Origin: Bdellovibrio sp.
GTDB lineage: Bacteria > Bdellovibrionota > Bdellovibrionia > Bdellovibrionales > Bdellovibrionaceae
Assembly: GCA_036677065.1 (NCBI GenBank)
Contig: JAKFBS010000002.1
Location: 64,001 to 128,000 of the forward strand
Direction of reading: 5' to 3'
DNA: 64,000 nucleotides
Shown here: positions 9,068 through 19,075 of the stretch, in pieces
Layout of the letters: each line of letters begins with the position of its first letter
Numbering within the stretch: position 1 is the stretch's first letter
Program-made: the position numbers and the translations under genes
Notes under the pieces: generated by a model
Told to the model about the DNA's origin: nothing
What the model saw: the letters and a program-made list of their open reading frames with translations, nothing else
Databases searched by the model: none

Positions 9068-10267
9068 TTATGTAGCTTCTTTTTTGAAAAGGTCAAGGTG
9101 GCTTATGGCGTATAAGAAATAAATCAGGGTTGAAGTTTGTGCCATAAAGAGCATTTCAAATTGACCTGCGACTAACATGAATAAAATAATTGGTAAAAAT
9201 AACTGCTTAGCTAGTTTGTTTGAATGCAAAAGCAATTCTTTGCACCATAGAGCAAGCCAAGCCAAAAAGGCCAATAAGCCAACGATTCCCATATTGGCCG
9301 CGACTTCAAGATACACGTTGTGAGAGTGTTCAATATAATGTTTATTTTCTAAATTATATTTTTCTTTTATTTCTTTAACGTGAAATTTCAATTGTTGCGG
9401 GCCAAACCCCAGAATAGGGCGTTCTTTAAAGGCGTGAATAGCAGATAAATATTGTGACATGCGCTCGCTGTTAGATGCACTATTCGAGCCCAAGAGAAAG
9501 CGCGAACGAGAGCTGCCGCCCATGAGAGATACAATCACCATTAGACTGATGAATGCGGCTGAAACTACTGCAATCATAATAGCAATACGTTTATTGAAAA
9601 AGAAAAACACAACAGGAAGACCTATCAAAAAACCTAGCATTGCACCACGGGTATACGACATATATAACCCTATAAATCCAATAGCAAAAACTAGGTAAAG
9701 GTAAACTTTATTAAGCGTTGGAAGTTTTTTTGAGTTCAGGCAAAATGTCAACAAGGCTAAGAGAACCATGGCTGAGCCGTAGCCGTAGCGCATAACATCG
9801 GTAAAGCCACCAAGGCGAAAATCGTTTCTGTTAAGTAAATTGGGAGCAATATTAACTCTTGTAAAACCGTAGACAAAAGCAATAACAATAGTTGCTAGAA
9901 AAATATTAAATGCAATCCGCGAATGTTTTTTTAAGAACTCATCGTTTTGTAATTTTTGATTGCGAAATAAAATTAAAGCTAAAATGCCCGATAATGGATA
10001 TTTAATGATTCCGATTGAACGAAATTTTTCTTCAAGCTCGGCAAAGTTTACGGTTGCAGATAAGAGTTGAACGCCAATAAAGCTTAATAAGGCTAAAGTG
10101 CTTGCAGGTAAATTTTTAAAATCAATTTCTTTGCGAATAAAAAACAAAACAAAAGCAATGAGTATAAGTAATTGATATATTGAGATAAATGAAACAGAAG
10201 CAAAGATCGCCATAGCTAATGCATAGAAAGAGATGGCTGTAAATCTAATGGCGTACTTATCGGTCAT
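9068..10267 (-). CDS. waaL: O-antigen ligase family protein (WaaL/Wzy_C)
   Basis: Polytopic; SYTRGA, ER...PILGFGP, HSHNVYLE; AGGAG RBS. Confidence 0.8.
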   Translation of the reverse strand: MTDKYAIRFTAISFYALAMAIFASVSFISIYQLLILIAFVLFFIRKEIDFKNLPASTLALLSFIGVQLLSATVNFAELEEKFRSIGIIKYPLSGILALILFRNQKLQNDEFLKKHSRIAFNIFLATIVIAFVYGFTRVNIAPNLLNRNDFRLGGFTDVMRYGYGSAMVLLALLTFCLNSKKLPTLNKVYLYLVFAIGFIGLYMSYTRGAMLGFLIGLPVVFFFFNKRIAIMIAVVSAAFISLMVIVSLMGGSSRSRFLLGSNSASNSERMSQYLSAIHAFKERPILGFGPQQLKFHVKEIKEKYNLENKHYIEHSHNVYLEVAANMGIVGLLAFLAWLALWCKELLLHSNKLAKQLFLPIILFMLVAGQFEMLFMAQTSTLIYFLYAISHLDLFKKEAT

Positions 10268-10338
10268 AAAGTCTCCTGCTATCAGCTTATGATTCAGGAA
10301 ACTTTATAACCAGTCAACGCCCGTACGGCTACAAGTTA

Positions 10339-10956
10339 TTACTTGCACTTTCTCCAAGACATAACAAAAGTTGAATTAACGCCAGTATCAACAGAATCTA
10401 AGTTAATTTGTGCAATTGAACGATCTTTTGTGTTTGGAAAGTAAGCTACCTGTAATTCAGATAGTAATTGGATAGTTTGTACACGTTGGTTGCACGGCGA
10501 GAAAACTACGCGACCTGGTTTTTGACGAACAGAAACAGCATAGTCGTCAGCAATTGGTCCTTTTAATTGTGCTTCGCGAGCTGAAACAATTGGCTGTCCA
10601 GGGATGATTTGCGTAAAACGGTGTAAACCATAAGCTGAAACGGGAAGTGCCGCAAAACCACGGTAATCAGTTTGCTCTAAACCGTATTGGTAACCTTGTG
10701 GTACATCAACATCGATTAAAACGCGGCAACTCTTTCGAAGACTTGTAGATTGAGGGTTTTCAGAACCGTTACCGATATCAACTTTAAAATTATCAAAAAG
10801 AACAGATAGAGTTTTACCATCTGAAGTCGTTGTGGCCCATGCAGTAGAATCGCTGCAACCAGTTCCGGTCATTCTGACCCCACGGATCGTTACGCTTTGA
10901 GCTTGTGCAATCGCCGTAAAACCGAATAAACCTGCTAATAGAATGATCATTTTCAT
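10339..10956 (-). CDS. Secreted DUF4360-family protein
   Basis: Start moved to MKMIILLAG (G-rich RBS upstream); GTGC, LSVLFDNF, RKSC, DYRGFA, terminal WRKC. Confidence 0.8.
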   Translation of the reverse strand: MKMIILLAGLFGFTAIAQAQSVTIRGVRMTGTGCSDSTAWATTTSDGKTLSVLFDNFKVDIGNGSENPQSTSLRKSCRVLIDVDVPQGYQYGLEQTDYRGFAALPVSAYGLHRFTQIIPGQPIVSAREAQLKGPIADDYAVSVRQKPGRVVFSPCNQRVQTIQLLSELQVAYFPNTKDRSIAQINLDSVDTGVNSTFVMSWRKCK

Positions 10957-11048
10957 TAAATTCCCCCTGGTAGTGTTAGTTAGTCTATTTTTCAAGCTAG
11001 CGCGTTGGTGTCGCGGTGGCCTCAAAAATAGGGTCCTAACATAGTCTT

Positions 11049-11064
11049 AGCAATCAAAAAGCCA
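11049..11064 (-). promoter_or_regulatory. Candidate sigma-54 (-24/-12) promoter for the DUF4360 gene
   Basis: Minus strand TGGCTTTTTGATTGCT: GG-N10-GC with TGGC and TTGCT cores. Confidence 0.45.
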
Positions 11065-11072
11065 AAAGTTTA

Positions 11073-11101
11073 TTGCTCTAAAAGCGAAGGCTTTATAGAC
11101 T
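11073..11101 (+). promoter_or_regulatory. Candidate sigma-70 promoter for manC-pstCAB (leaderless geometry)
   Basis: TTGCTC-N17-TAGACT, ending 8 nt before the ATG; no SD. Confidence 0.5.
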
Positions 11102-11109
11102 CGGGTCTT

Positions 11110-12498
11110 ATGAATTTACTTCCTGTGATTATGAGTGGTGGAAGTGGAACTCGCCTTTGGCCAGTTTCACGCGCAAAATTTCCGAAACAGTTCTGTGAAC
11201 TATTAGATGAGCCATTACATACGATGACTTTGAATCGTTTAAAAAAATATGGCCCAAACTTAGTTGTCACAAACATTAAGTTTCAAGACCTTACTGAGCG
11301 CGATATTCGTACAAATGGGTTTAACGTCGAGAAAGTTCTTTATGAACCAACTCCTCGTAACACCGCTGCGGCAATTGGTTTAGTTTGTAAGTATTTACAG
11401 TTTCAAAATAAGCTAGATCAAGTTGTCGGCGTGTTTTCGTCAGATAATCTAATTTTAGATGAAAAATCTTTTCACGAAGCTTTAGCGGTAGCCACAAAAA
11501 CAGCAAGCACTGGTTCGGTGGTTGTTCTTGGTATTAAGCCAGATCGTCCAGAAACTGGATTTGGTTATATTCAGGTAAAAAACCGTGCGATTGGCACGAA
11601 AGAAGCTACTGAAGTTTTAAAATTTCACGAAAAACCATCGGTTAATAACGCCAATGAGTTTTTAAATGCCGGTACCTATTTTTGGAATGCTGGAATTTTT
11701 ATTTTTCGCGTAGAAAACATGATTCAGCACTTTAAAAAGCTTGAACCTGAAATCTGGAATCATTTAGAAAAATTAAAATCTGATCTATCAAACTTAAATG
11801 AAGTTTATAAAGATATCAAAAATATCTCGATTGATTATGCAATCTTAGAAAAACTAACTTCGCCTGAATTAATGTGTGTAACGTGCGATATCGGTTGGTC
11901 AGATTTAGGCTCATGGGATTCTTTAATGGAGATCCGTGAGGGCGTGCAAAACAAAGGCCTTCAAAACATTCAAGTTTCTAGTAAAAACAATTCGGTATTT
12001 CCGTTAGAGAACAAAGCTTATAGTTTTGTCGGTGTTGATGATCTTATGGTTATTGATACGGCAGATGCACTGCTAGTTTGTAAAAAGAACGAATCACAAA
12101 AAGTTAAAGATGTGGTTGATCGCTTAAAAGTGACTAGCCCAGAATTAACTGAAGAACACGTTTTTGAAAATAGGCCTTGGGGTAAGTTCGAAATCTTAAA
12201 AGATCAAGATTATTACAAATCTAAAGTTATCCGCGTAGATGCGGGTCAAAAAATTTCTTATCAATCACATGCAAAACGTGCTGAACACTGGATTATCGTA
12301 AAAGGTGAAGCCGTAGTTATTTTAGATGATAAAGAAGTTCCGTTAAAAACTGGCCAACATATTTTTATTCCGCAGGGTGCAAAACACCGTATTATTAATA
12401 ATTCGAAAGCAGCGGTAGAATTTATCGAGGTTCAAGTTGGTTCGTATTTTGGTGAAGATGACATTGTTCGTTACCAAGATGATTACGGCCGTAACTAA
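11110..12498 (+). CDS. manC: Mannose-1-phosphate guanylyltransferase / mannose-6-phosphate isomerase
   Basis: GGSGTRLWPVSR, PKQF, FHEKP, WNAGIF, SIDYA, WSDLGSW, C-terminal cupin RPWG...EHW...GEDDIVR. Confidence 0.96.
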   Translation: MNLLPVIMSGGSGTRLWPVSRAKFPKQFCELLDEPLHTMTLNRLKKYGPNLVVTNIKFQDLTERDIRTNGFNVEKVLYEPTPRNTAAAIGLVCKYLQFQNKLDQVVGVFSSDNLILDEKSFHEALAVATKTASTGSVVVLGIKPDRPETGFGYIQVKNRAIGTKEATEVLKFHEKPSVNNANEFLNAGTYFWNAGIFIFRVENMIQHFKKLEPEIWNHLEKLKSDLSNLNEVYKDIKNISIDYAILEKLTSPELMCVTCDIGWSDLGSWDSLMEIREGVQNKGLQNIQVSSKNNSVFPLENKAYSFVGVDDLMVIDTADALLVCKKNESQKVKDVVDRLKVTSPELTEEHVFENRPWGKFEILKDQDYYKSKVIRVDAGQKISYQSHAKRAEHWIIVKGEAVVILDDKEVPLKTGQHIFIPQGAKHRIINNSKAAVEFIEVQVGSYFGEDDIVRYQDDYGRN

Positions 12499-12500
12499 TT

Positions 12501-13394
12501 ATGAAGTACAAACTAAGAAGACAGCTCACTGAAAAATTTATTGAACTGATTCTATTCTTAGCTGCAGCAAGTTCAGTGCTGATCACATTTTTTATTGTCT
12601 ATACTTTAGTGACCGAAGCTTTTCCATTTTTTAAAGAAGTGGGTCTGAAAGATTTTATCTTTGAAACTGAATGGACGCCACTTTTTGAAAATCCAAAGTA
12701 TGGGATCGCTGCTTTAGTTTCTGGAACTTTGTTAACCACAACGATAGCGCTTTTTGTGGCACTGCCATTTGGAATTATCACTTCGGTATTTTTGAGTGAA
12801 TATGCGACTGACAAGGTCCGTGAAATTTTTAAACCATTACTAGAGTTATTGGCCGCAGTTCCAACTGTTGTTTATGGCTACTTTGCCATGACACTGATAA
12901 CTCCGTGGTTACAAAAAATATTTCCTGACCTTTCAGGTTTTAATGCATTAAGTGCAGGTCTTGTAATGGGGATCATGATTGTTCCCTACGTGAGTTCGCT
13001 ATCTGAAGATGCGATGCGAGCAGTGCCTCAGCAATTACGTGAAGGAAGTCTTGCTTTAGGGGCTTCAAAATTTCAGACTTCTTTTCGCGTAGTCATTCCA
13101 AGTGCATTTTCAGGAATTGCTTCAGCATTCGTTCTGGCGATTTCACGCGCGCTGGGTGAAACCATGGTTGTGGCTATCGCCGCCGGATTAGAACCCAAAT
13201 TTGGTTTTAATCCTTTAGGCCCTACAGAAACATTAACTGCCTATATCGTGCAAGTCAGCCAAGGCGATCTTCCGCAAGGAAGCATGGGCTATCGCACGAT
13301 TTATGTGTGCGGAATCGTATTATTATTATTTACTCTGACCTTTAATATTATCGGGCAGACCATTCGTCACCGTATGGAAAAGCAGGTGAAATAG
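12501..13394 (+). CDS. pstC: Phosphate ABC transporter permease PstC
   Basis: ELLAAVPTVVYG, SEDAMRAVP, SRALGETM. Confidence 0.95.
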   Translation: MKYKLRRQLTEKFIELILFLAAASSVLITFFIVYTLVTEAFPFFKEVGLKDFIFETEWTPLFENPKYGIAALVSGTLLTTTIALFVALPFGIITSVFLSEYATDKVREIFKPLLELLAAVPTVVYGYFAMTLITPWLQKIFPDLSGFNALSAGLVMGIMIVPYVSSLSEDAMRAVPQQLREGSLALGASKFQTSFRVVIPSAFSGIASAFVLAISRALGETMVVAIAAGLEPKFGFNPLGPTETLTAYIVQVSQGDLPQGSMGYRTIYVCGIVLLLFTLTFNIIGQTIRHRMEKQVK

Positions 13395-14318
13395 ATGTCT
13401 GATCAAACGAATGCAAAATTATTGCAGCAGATTAAGTTTTTAAAAGCGCAAGATGTCGTGTTTTGGTTTGTTGGCTTATTTGTTTTAGCCGGCGCTTTTA
13501 TTATTTTATTCGCCCTTATCTACGATATGGGTCAAACGGGTATTCCGCGGATTAATCAGGAATTTTTTCTGAACTTTCCTTCACGTTTTGCCGGTCGCGC
13601 AGGGATTTTAGCCGCTTGGGTTGGAAGTCTTTGCGTGGTGTTAGTCACTGCCTTATTAGCTATTCCATTAGGAGTAGCAACGGGAGTGTATTTAGAAGAA
13701 TACGCTCCTAAAGGTTGGTTTTCTCGAATGATCGAATTAAATATTTTAAACTTAGCCGGAGTGCCGTCGATCATTTACGGGATCATGGCTTTATCGCTGT
13801 TTGTTTATGAGTTTGGTTTAAAACAAAGTATTTTAACCGCCGGCATGACGTTAGGGCTTTTGATTTTACCGATCATTATTGTAACAACTCGTGAAGCGAT
13901 TCGTACTATTCCAAATCATATTCGCGAAGCCAGTTATGCTTTAGGCGCCACGAAATGGCAAACTGTGCGCAGTCACATTGTGCCGTACAGTTTTGGCGGA
14001 ATCATGACAGGCGTAGTGATTGCGTTATCGCGTGCGATTGGTGAAACCGCGCCGCTATTAACTGTTGGAGCCGTGGCCTTCATTGCCTTTTTACCGACTC
14101 CGCCAGTGATGGCTGAAGCTCCTTATGTGAGTGCACAGTGGTTAATGGATCCTTACACGGTTATGCCGATTCAAATGTTTAACTGGATTTCGCGCCCGCA
14201 AGAAGAATTTCATGTGAATGCTGCTGCTGCAGGTATTGTTTTATTATCTATGACTCTGGTGTTAAATGCGCTGGCGATTTATATTCGTTACCGTTTCAGA
14301 AAGAAATATAAGTGGTAA
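13395..14318 (+). CDS. pstA: Phosphate ABC transporter permease PstA
   Basis: [36 protein letters not shown]. Confidence 0.95.
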   Translation: MSDQTNAKLLQQIKFLKAQDVVFWFVGLFVLAGAFIILFALIYDMGQTGIPRINQEFFLNFPSRFAGRAGILAAWVGSLCVVLVTALLAIPLGVATGVYLEEYAPKGWFSRMIELNILNLAGVPSIIYGIMALSLFVYEFGLKQSILTAGMTLGLLILPIIIVTTREAIRTIPNHIREASYALGATKWQTVRSHIVPYSFGGIMTGVVIALSRAIGETAPLLTVGAVAFIAFLPTPPVMAEAPYVSAQWLMDPYTVMPIQMFNWISRPQEEFHVNAAAAGIVLLSMTLVLNALAIYIRYRFRKKYKW

Positions 14319-15097
14319 ATATGAAAAATATTAAAGCCGAAGTTAAAAATCTAACTTTTAGTTATGACAAAACATCGACTGGCCGTCCTGTACTAAATTC
14401 GGTAAGCCTTCCGGTTTTTGAAAATAGCATTACGGCTTTGATCGGGCCTTCGGGCTGCGGTAAGACCACGTTACTTCGTTGTTTTAATCGTATGCATGAT
14501 CTTTATGGCGCGGTTAAGTACGAAGGTAAAATTATCTTACAGCCTTCTGGTTTTGATATTTTGTCTAAGCAAGTTGATCCTTTAGAAGTGCGTATGAAGG
14601 TTGGAATGGTTTTCCAAAAACCAAATCCATTTCCTAAATCAATCTATGAAAATGTAGCTTATGGTTTAAAAATTCGCGGCATTAAAAAGAAGTCTTACCT
14701 TGATGATAAAGTTGAAGATTCACTTAAAAAAGCCGGCCTATGGAAAGAAGTGAGCGATCGTTTAAAAGCTTCGGCCTCGGCGTTATCGGGTGGTCAGCAG
14801 CAGCGTCTTTGCATCGCGCGCGCGCTAGCGACAGAGCCTGAATTATTACTTTTAGATGAACCTACTTCAGCTCTTGATCCAATCTCGACAGCGCATATTG
14901 AAGAGCTTATTGGTGAGCTTAAAAAAACTGTAACTATTTTAATGGTTACGCATAATCTACACCAAGCTGGGCGTGCTTCTGATTTTACCGCGTTTATGTA
15001 TCTTGGGGATTTGATTGAATTTGGCGAAAGTTCGCAAGTGTTCACAAACCCGAAAGAAGAAAAAACTGAGAACTATATTACCGGTCGTTTTGGTTAG
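14312..15097 (+). CDS. pstB: Phosphate ABC transporter ATPase PstB
   Basis: [46 protein letters not shown]; start may be 14321. Confidence 0.97.
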   Translation: MVNMKNIKAEVKNLTFSYDKTSTGRPVLNSVSLPVFENSITALIGPSGCGKTTLLRCFNRMHDLYGAVKYEGKIILQPSGFDILSKQVDPLEVRMKVGMVFQKPNPFPKSIYENVAYGLKIRGIKKKSYLDDKVEDSLKKAGLWKEVSDRLKASASALSGGQQQRLCIARALATEPELLLLDEPTSALDPISTAHIEELIGELKKTVTILMVTHNLHQAGRASDFTAFMYLGDLIEFGESSQVFTNPKEEKTENYITGRFG

Positions 15098-15102
15098 CTT
15101 AG

Positions 15103-16215
15103 TTAAGAAAAATACAGAGTTTTAATTTTATCTAACATCGCGCTTTTAGAAAAATCGCGTTGTATTTTCACGTAAGCCTTTTCAGCCTTAAACCCCGGGT
15201 CAGTTTTTCCTTCATAGAGAGATTTTAAAATTTCGAAGTAAGATTCTGGTGAGTTATCATAAGAAATATAACCAACATCTTCTGTCATAATTTCTTTTAA
15301 TCCGCCTATAAATGATGATATAACAGGCACCTTTAACGCCATGGCTTCGATCGGAACATAGCCAAAAGATTCGTATCTTGAAGGCTGAATCACGATATCA
15401 GCGGATAACATTTCAGCTTCGATATTTTCTGTATAGGGTTTAATTTCGATTTGAGCTGAAAGACCTTTTTCTTGAATAAGTTTTTCAAGCTTAGATTTTT
15501 CTTCACCTTTTCCGAAAATCGTATAGTGAAAAGGGATTTGATTTTTTTGCAATAAGGCACAAGCTTCGATTAAAATGTCATGCCCCTTTAAGTGTCTTAG
15601 TAGGCCAAAACTTTTTAAATTTAGCGTGGAACCAGGTGAGAATTTTTTAGGCATTACCTCTGCTTTTACGTCAACTCCATTTGGATTCACCACTACGCGA
15701 GAGTTAGACCCCACGTTTTTTACAAACAGGTCTTTAGAGTATTTCGACTCGAAAAGAAAAACATCTGTTAGCGGAATTAATAACTTTTCAATGGCGTCGT
15801 ATATAAAGTTTTTAAGCTTTCCATGAGAGCGGTGAAGGCTTCCGCCATGCGGAGTATATATGCATTTGCAGCGCAAAATTAACCCCAATAAACGCGCGTA
15901 TAAGCCACCTTTGGCGCCATGGCCGTGAAGAACCGTAATTGATTTTTTACGAAGAATATTAAAAATAAAAATCAAATTTATTAAGTCTGAAGGCTTAGGA
16001 CCTTCGGAGATATTCAGATTGTAAACGGTTACATTCACGGGAAGTGGCGGGGTAAAATTAGCCTCAGAAAGATCGGTAAAAATTAACACGTTTACGCTAG
16101 AATTCGCGCTAAAATACGAGGCAATGTCTCTGACGTGTTTTCCAATGCCTCCAAGGGGAGAACGCAGAATTTGAACGAGAACTGGCTTGCTTGTCTGTTG
16201 TGTTGGCACTGGCAT
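15103..16215 (-). CDS. GT4 glycosyltransferase
   Basis: HGHGAKGG, YTPHGG, LKGHD, PSRYESFGYVPIEAM; start moved to MPVP. Confidence 0.9.
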   Translation of the reverse strand: MPVPTQQTSKPVLVQILRSPLGGIGKHVRDIASYFSANSSVNVLIFTDLSEANFTPPLPVNVTVYNLNISEGPKPSDLINLIFIFNILRKKSITVLHGHGAKGGLYARLLGLILRCKCIYTPHGGSLHRSHGKLKNFIYDAIEKLLIPLTDVFLFESKYSKDLFVKNVGSNSRVVVNPNGVDVKAEVMPKKFSPGSTLNLKSFGLLRHLKGHDILIEACALLQKNQIPFHYTIFGKGEEKSKLEKLIQEKGLSAQIEIKPYTENIEAEMLSADIVIQPSRYESFGYVPIEAMALKVPVISSFIGGLKEIMTEDVGYISYDNSPESYFEILKSLYEGKTDPGFKAEKAYVKIQRDFSKSAMLDKIKTLYFS

Positions 16216-16308
16216 ATCTAATTTGACTACAGCATAGAAAAAGGTACGATACAAAATATTTTTTGAGAGAGTAAACTAAGCTAAATCTCTCGTAGGGTGG
16301 AATTTGTA

Positions 16309-17697
16309 ATGCGAAAACTAGAGGGCCGATGGACTGACAAACTCAGCGTGATTTCTCAAGTTCTTGATTCAGTCGGAACTAGCGCCATCGGTTGGTTATT
16401 GTATGCCTTATTTAACTATCAAATGACTTTACCTTCTGACTATTCGATGATGGTGACCCTTAATTTTTTATTAATTTTACTGATCTTTCCTAAATTTAAA
16501 CTTTACAGTTCTTGGCGCGGACGAAGTCGTATTCGCAGAGCATTTCAGGTTCTTTATGCATGGGTCTGTGTATTAGTCGCAATTTTAGTGGCTTTATTCA
16601 TGTTAAAAAGTTCGGCCATTTTTTCAAGAAAGTGGTTTTTTATTTGGGGCGTTTCGGCTTACTTTTACCTAGTAATCTATCGCGCGGTAATCGATCAGAT
16701 ATTAAATTTCTTACGTAAACACAAATTCAACAGAAAAATGATCGTTGTTTACGGTGCCGGTGCAGTCGGTAAAAGTGTTCAAGAAAAACTTTCTGAAAAC
16801 TATGAAGTGGGTTTTGATATTTTGGCTTTCGTTGATGATAACGAAAAAATTCAAGATACAAAGATCAATGGTGTGCCCGTCTTGGCCCCGACAAAACTTA
16901 ATAATTTAATGGGTGAGTGCGACGAGATTTGGTTGGCGCTTCCTTTGCGAGCTGATAAACGAATGCAGGAAATCTTACACGATACGCGACACCACACTTG
17001 CGTAATTCGCTTCATTCCAGACATCTTTAATTTTCGGTTGCTAAATCACTCTGTCACTGAAATCGCTGATATCCCCATTATTGAAATTAATGGAACGCCG
17101 ATGAGCTGGGTGGATCGCCTTGCGAAAAGAATTTCGGATTTTATTTTAGCGACAATTATCCTATTTCTAATTTCTCCGATCCTTTTAACTATTGCGCTTG
17201 CGATCAAGTTAACTTCGCGTGGACCAATTCTTTATAAACAAACGCGTCACGGCTGGAGTGGTAAGTCTATCAATGTTTATAAATTCAGAAGCATGTATTT
17301 CGAAAAAAACGAAGTGTTTAAACAAGCCACTTCTGTGGATTGTCGTATTACTCCAGTGGGTAAGTTTTTAAGAAAAACTAGCCTTGATGAGCTGCCGCAG
17401 TTTTTCAACGTGCTTCAAGGTCGTATGTCGATCGTAGGTCCTCGTCCACACGCGATTGTGATGAATTTAGAATATCAGGATAAGATTGATAATTACATGC
17501 AACGACACAAGGTTCGTCCAGGTATTACAGGCTGGGCGCAAGTAAATGGCTTTCGCGGCGAGACGGATACGATTGAAAAAATGCAAAAGCGTATCGAGTA
17601 TGATTTATACTATATCGAAAACTGGTCGTTATTTTTTGATTATAGAATTATTTTACAAACAGTATATAAAGGCTTTGTAAATAAAAATGCATATTAA
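16309..17697 (+). CDS. wcaJ: Undecaprenyl-phosphate glucose phosphotransferase (initiating transferase)
   Basis: N-terminal TMs, GAGAVG domain, YKFRSM, SLDELPQ, MSIVGPRP, PGITGWAQVNG, YDLYYIENWS. Confidence 0.92.
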   Translation: MRKLEGRWTDKLSVISQVLDSVGTSAIGWLLYALFNYQMTLPSDYSMMVTLNFLLILLIFPKFKLYSSWRGRSRIRRAFQVLYAWVCVLVAILVALFMLKSSAIFSRKWFFIWGVSAYFYLVIYRAVIDQILNFLRKHKFNRKMIVVYGAGAVGKSVQEKLSENYEVGFDILAFVDDNEKIQDTKINGVPVLAPTKLNNLMGECDEIWLALPLRADKRMQEILHDTRHHTCVIRFIPDIFNFRLLNHSVTEIADIPIIEINGTPMSWVDRLAKRISDFILATIILFLISPILLTIALAIKLTSRGPILYKQTRHGWSGKSINVYKFRSMYFEKNEVFKQATSVDCRITPVGKFLRKTSLDELPQFFNVLQGRMSIVGPRPHAIVMNLEYQDKIDNYMQRHKVRPGITGWAQVNGFRGETDTIEKMQKRIEYDLYYIENWSLFFDYRIILQTVYKGFVNKNAY

Positions 17698-19075
17698 TAG
17701 CGAAATTAAGTCTTGGTCTGCAAAAAAAATTAATCTCTGCATTTTTTTATTTGCATTCACTTTTGCTATCGCTTGTATGTTTACAGCTCGTGAAATAATT
17801 ATTCCTAGAATGAACTGGAATGGCATCGACGGGCATTTAGCGGGCGACCCACAGCTTTATCATAATTTAGCTAAAGAGATGGCTGCAGACATGAAAAAAA
17901 ACGGTATGTCTGCGTTTGTGCTCCGACCGTGGGGTTCTGGGGCGGCGGGCATCGCCAGTTTAGTGTATTTAATTTCTGATTCAGTCTATGGCATTGTTGT
18001 TATTAATGCGTTACTTCATGCTCTGAGTGTTCTGGTCTGTTATTTTATTTTATTGAATTGGTTTTCACGAAGAATATCTTTACTTGGTTCGATACCGTTA
18101 CTTTTGTCGCCGTACAATATGATTTGGTTTTCGCAAATTAATAAAGATAGCTACGCTGTGACTAGTGCTTTGTTAATAATTTATGGAACTATAAAGCTTA
18201 TTAAGAGTACAAATCATAAATTTGACAAGTCAGGTTTTGTCTGGAGTATGTTGGCAGTGCTTTTGGGATCAGTTTTGGCAAGTGTAGTTAGGCCATACCT
18301 TAATCAAATCAATCTGGTCGTTTTATTGCCTGTATTTTTAACCCCGTTAGTGCTTGGGAAAATCAAAAATTGGAAAATTTATTTACCAGCTATTGTGTTA
18401 CTTTTGTACGCAATGAAAATACAGTCAAAGGGTGCAACATCTGATCAGACCATTGATAATTTTAAGACTTTTACTTGGACGCCAGATAAAGCGAAAACTG
18501 AATCTCAAACTGAAAGCTCTGAAAAGGAACTGACTGTCGTAGATAAGTGTTATATTTCGGTCAGTGATGGAACTTGGAAAAATGATTTTAGAGTTCAATT
18601 CGTGAATGATAAGGTCAGAGGTCTTGTCGGTCAGCGATGCAATATATTTACTTTTCTTTATAGCGAAAAAAATCTAAATACCCTCGATTCGATTGTCGAC
18701 TATGACATTCTTCCGAATTCAACTAAGCAAGCATTTGCATATTTCCCACGTGCAGCTAGTTATGGAATTTTTGCGCCCTGGCCAAGTGATTGGTTTTTTG
18801 TTTTTAAAAAAAGATTTTCGTTTATTTACACGATTGCGCCGATAGAAGCGTTCTTTATTTATCTGGGCTTGTTGTTTTTGTTTTATTGGGTTTGCGTTGA
18901 AAAACAGTTTTTAGTGTTCGTGCCGATATTTATATCATTTTCTGTTATGGGTATTTATGGCCTGTCGACGCCCTTTTTAGGAGCTTTGTATAGATATCGT
19001 TATCCATGGTGGATGCTTTTGCTTGGCTTGGGTATAGGAGCTATACTAACACTGAAAAAAAAGAAGGATACATGA
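17687..19075 (+). CDS. Polytopic glycan-assembly membrane protein (GT-C/Wzy-like)
   Basis: Many TMs, GDPQLY after TM1, NKDS, VRPY, GALYRYR; overlaps the wcaJ stop. Confidence 0.6.
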   Translation: MHINSEIKSWSAKKINLCIFLFAFTFAIACMFTAREIIIPRMNWNGIDGHLAGDPQLYHNLAKEMAADMKKNGMSAFVLRPWGSGAAGIASLVYLISDSVYGIVVINALLHALSVLVCYFILLNWFSRRISLLGSIPLLLSPYNMIWFSQINKDSYAVTSALLIIYGTIKLIKSTNHKFDKSGFVWSMLAVLLGSVLASVVRPYLNQINLVVLLPVFLTPLVLGKIKNWKIYLPAIVLLLYAMKIQSKGATSDQTIDNFKTFTWTPDKAKTESQTESSEKELTVVDKCYISVSDGTWKNDFRVQFVNDKVRGLVGQRCNIFTFLYSEKNLNTLDSIVDYDILPNSTKQAFAYFPRAASYGIFAPWPSDWFFVFKKRFSFIYTIAPIEAFFIYLGLLFLFYWVCVEKQFLVFVPIFISFSVMGIYGLSTPFLGALYRYRYPWWMLLLGLGIGAILTLKKKKDT

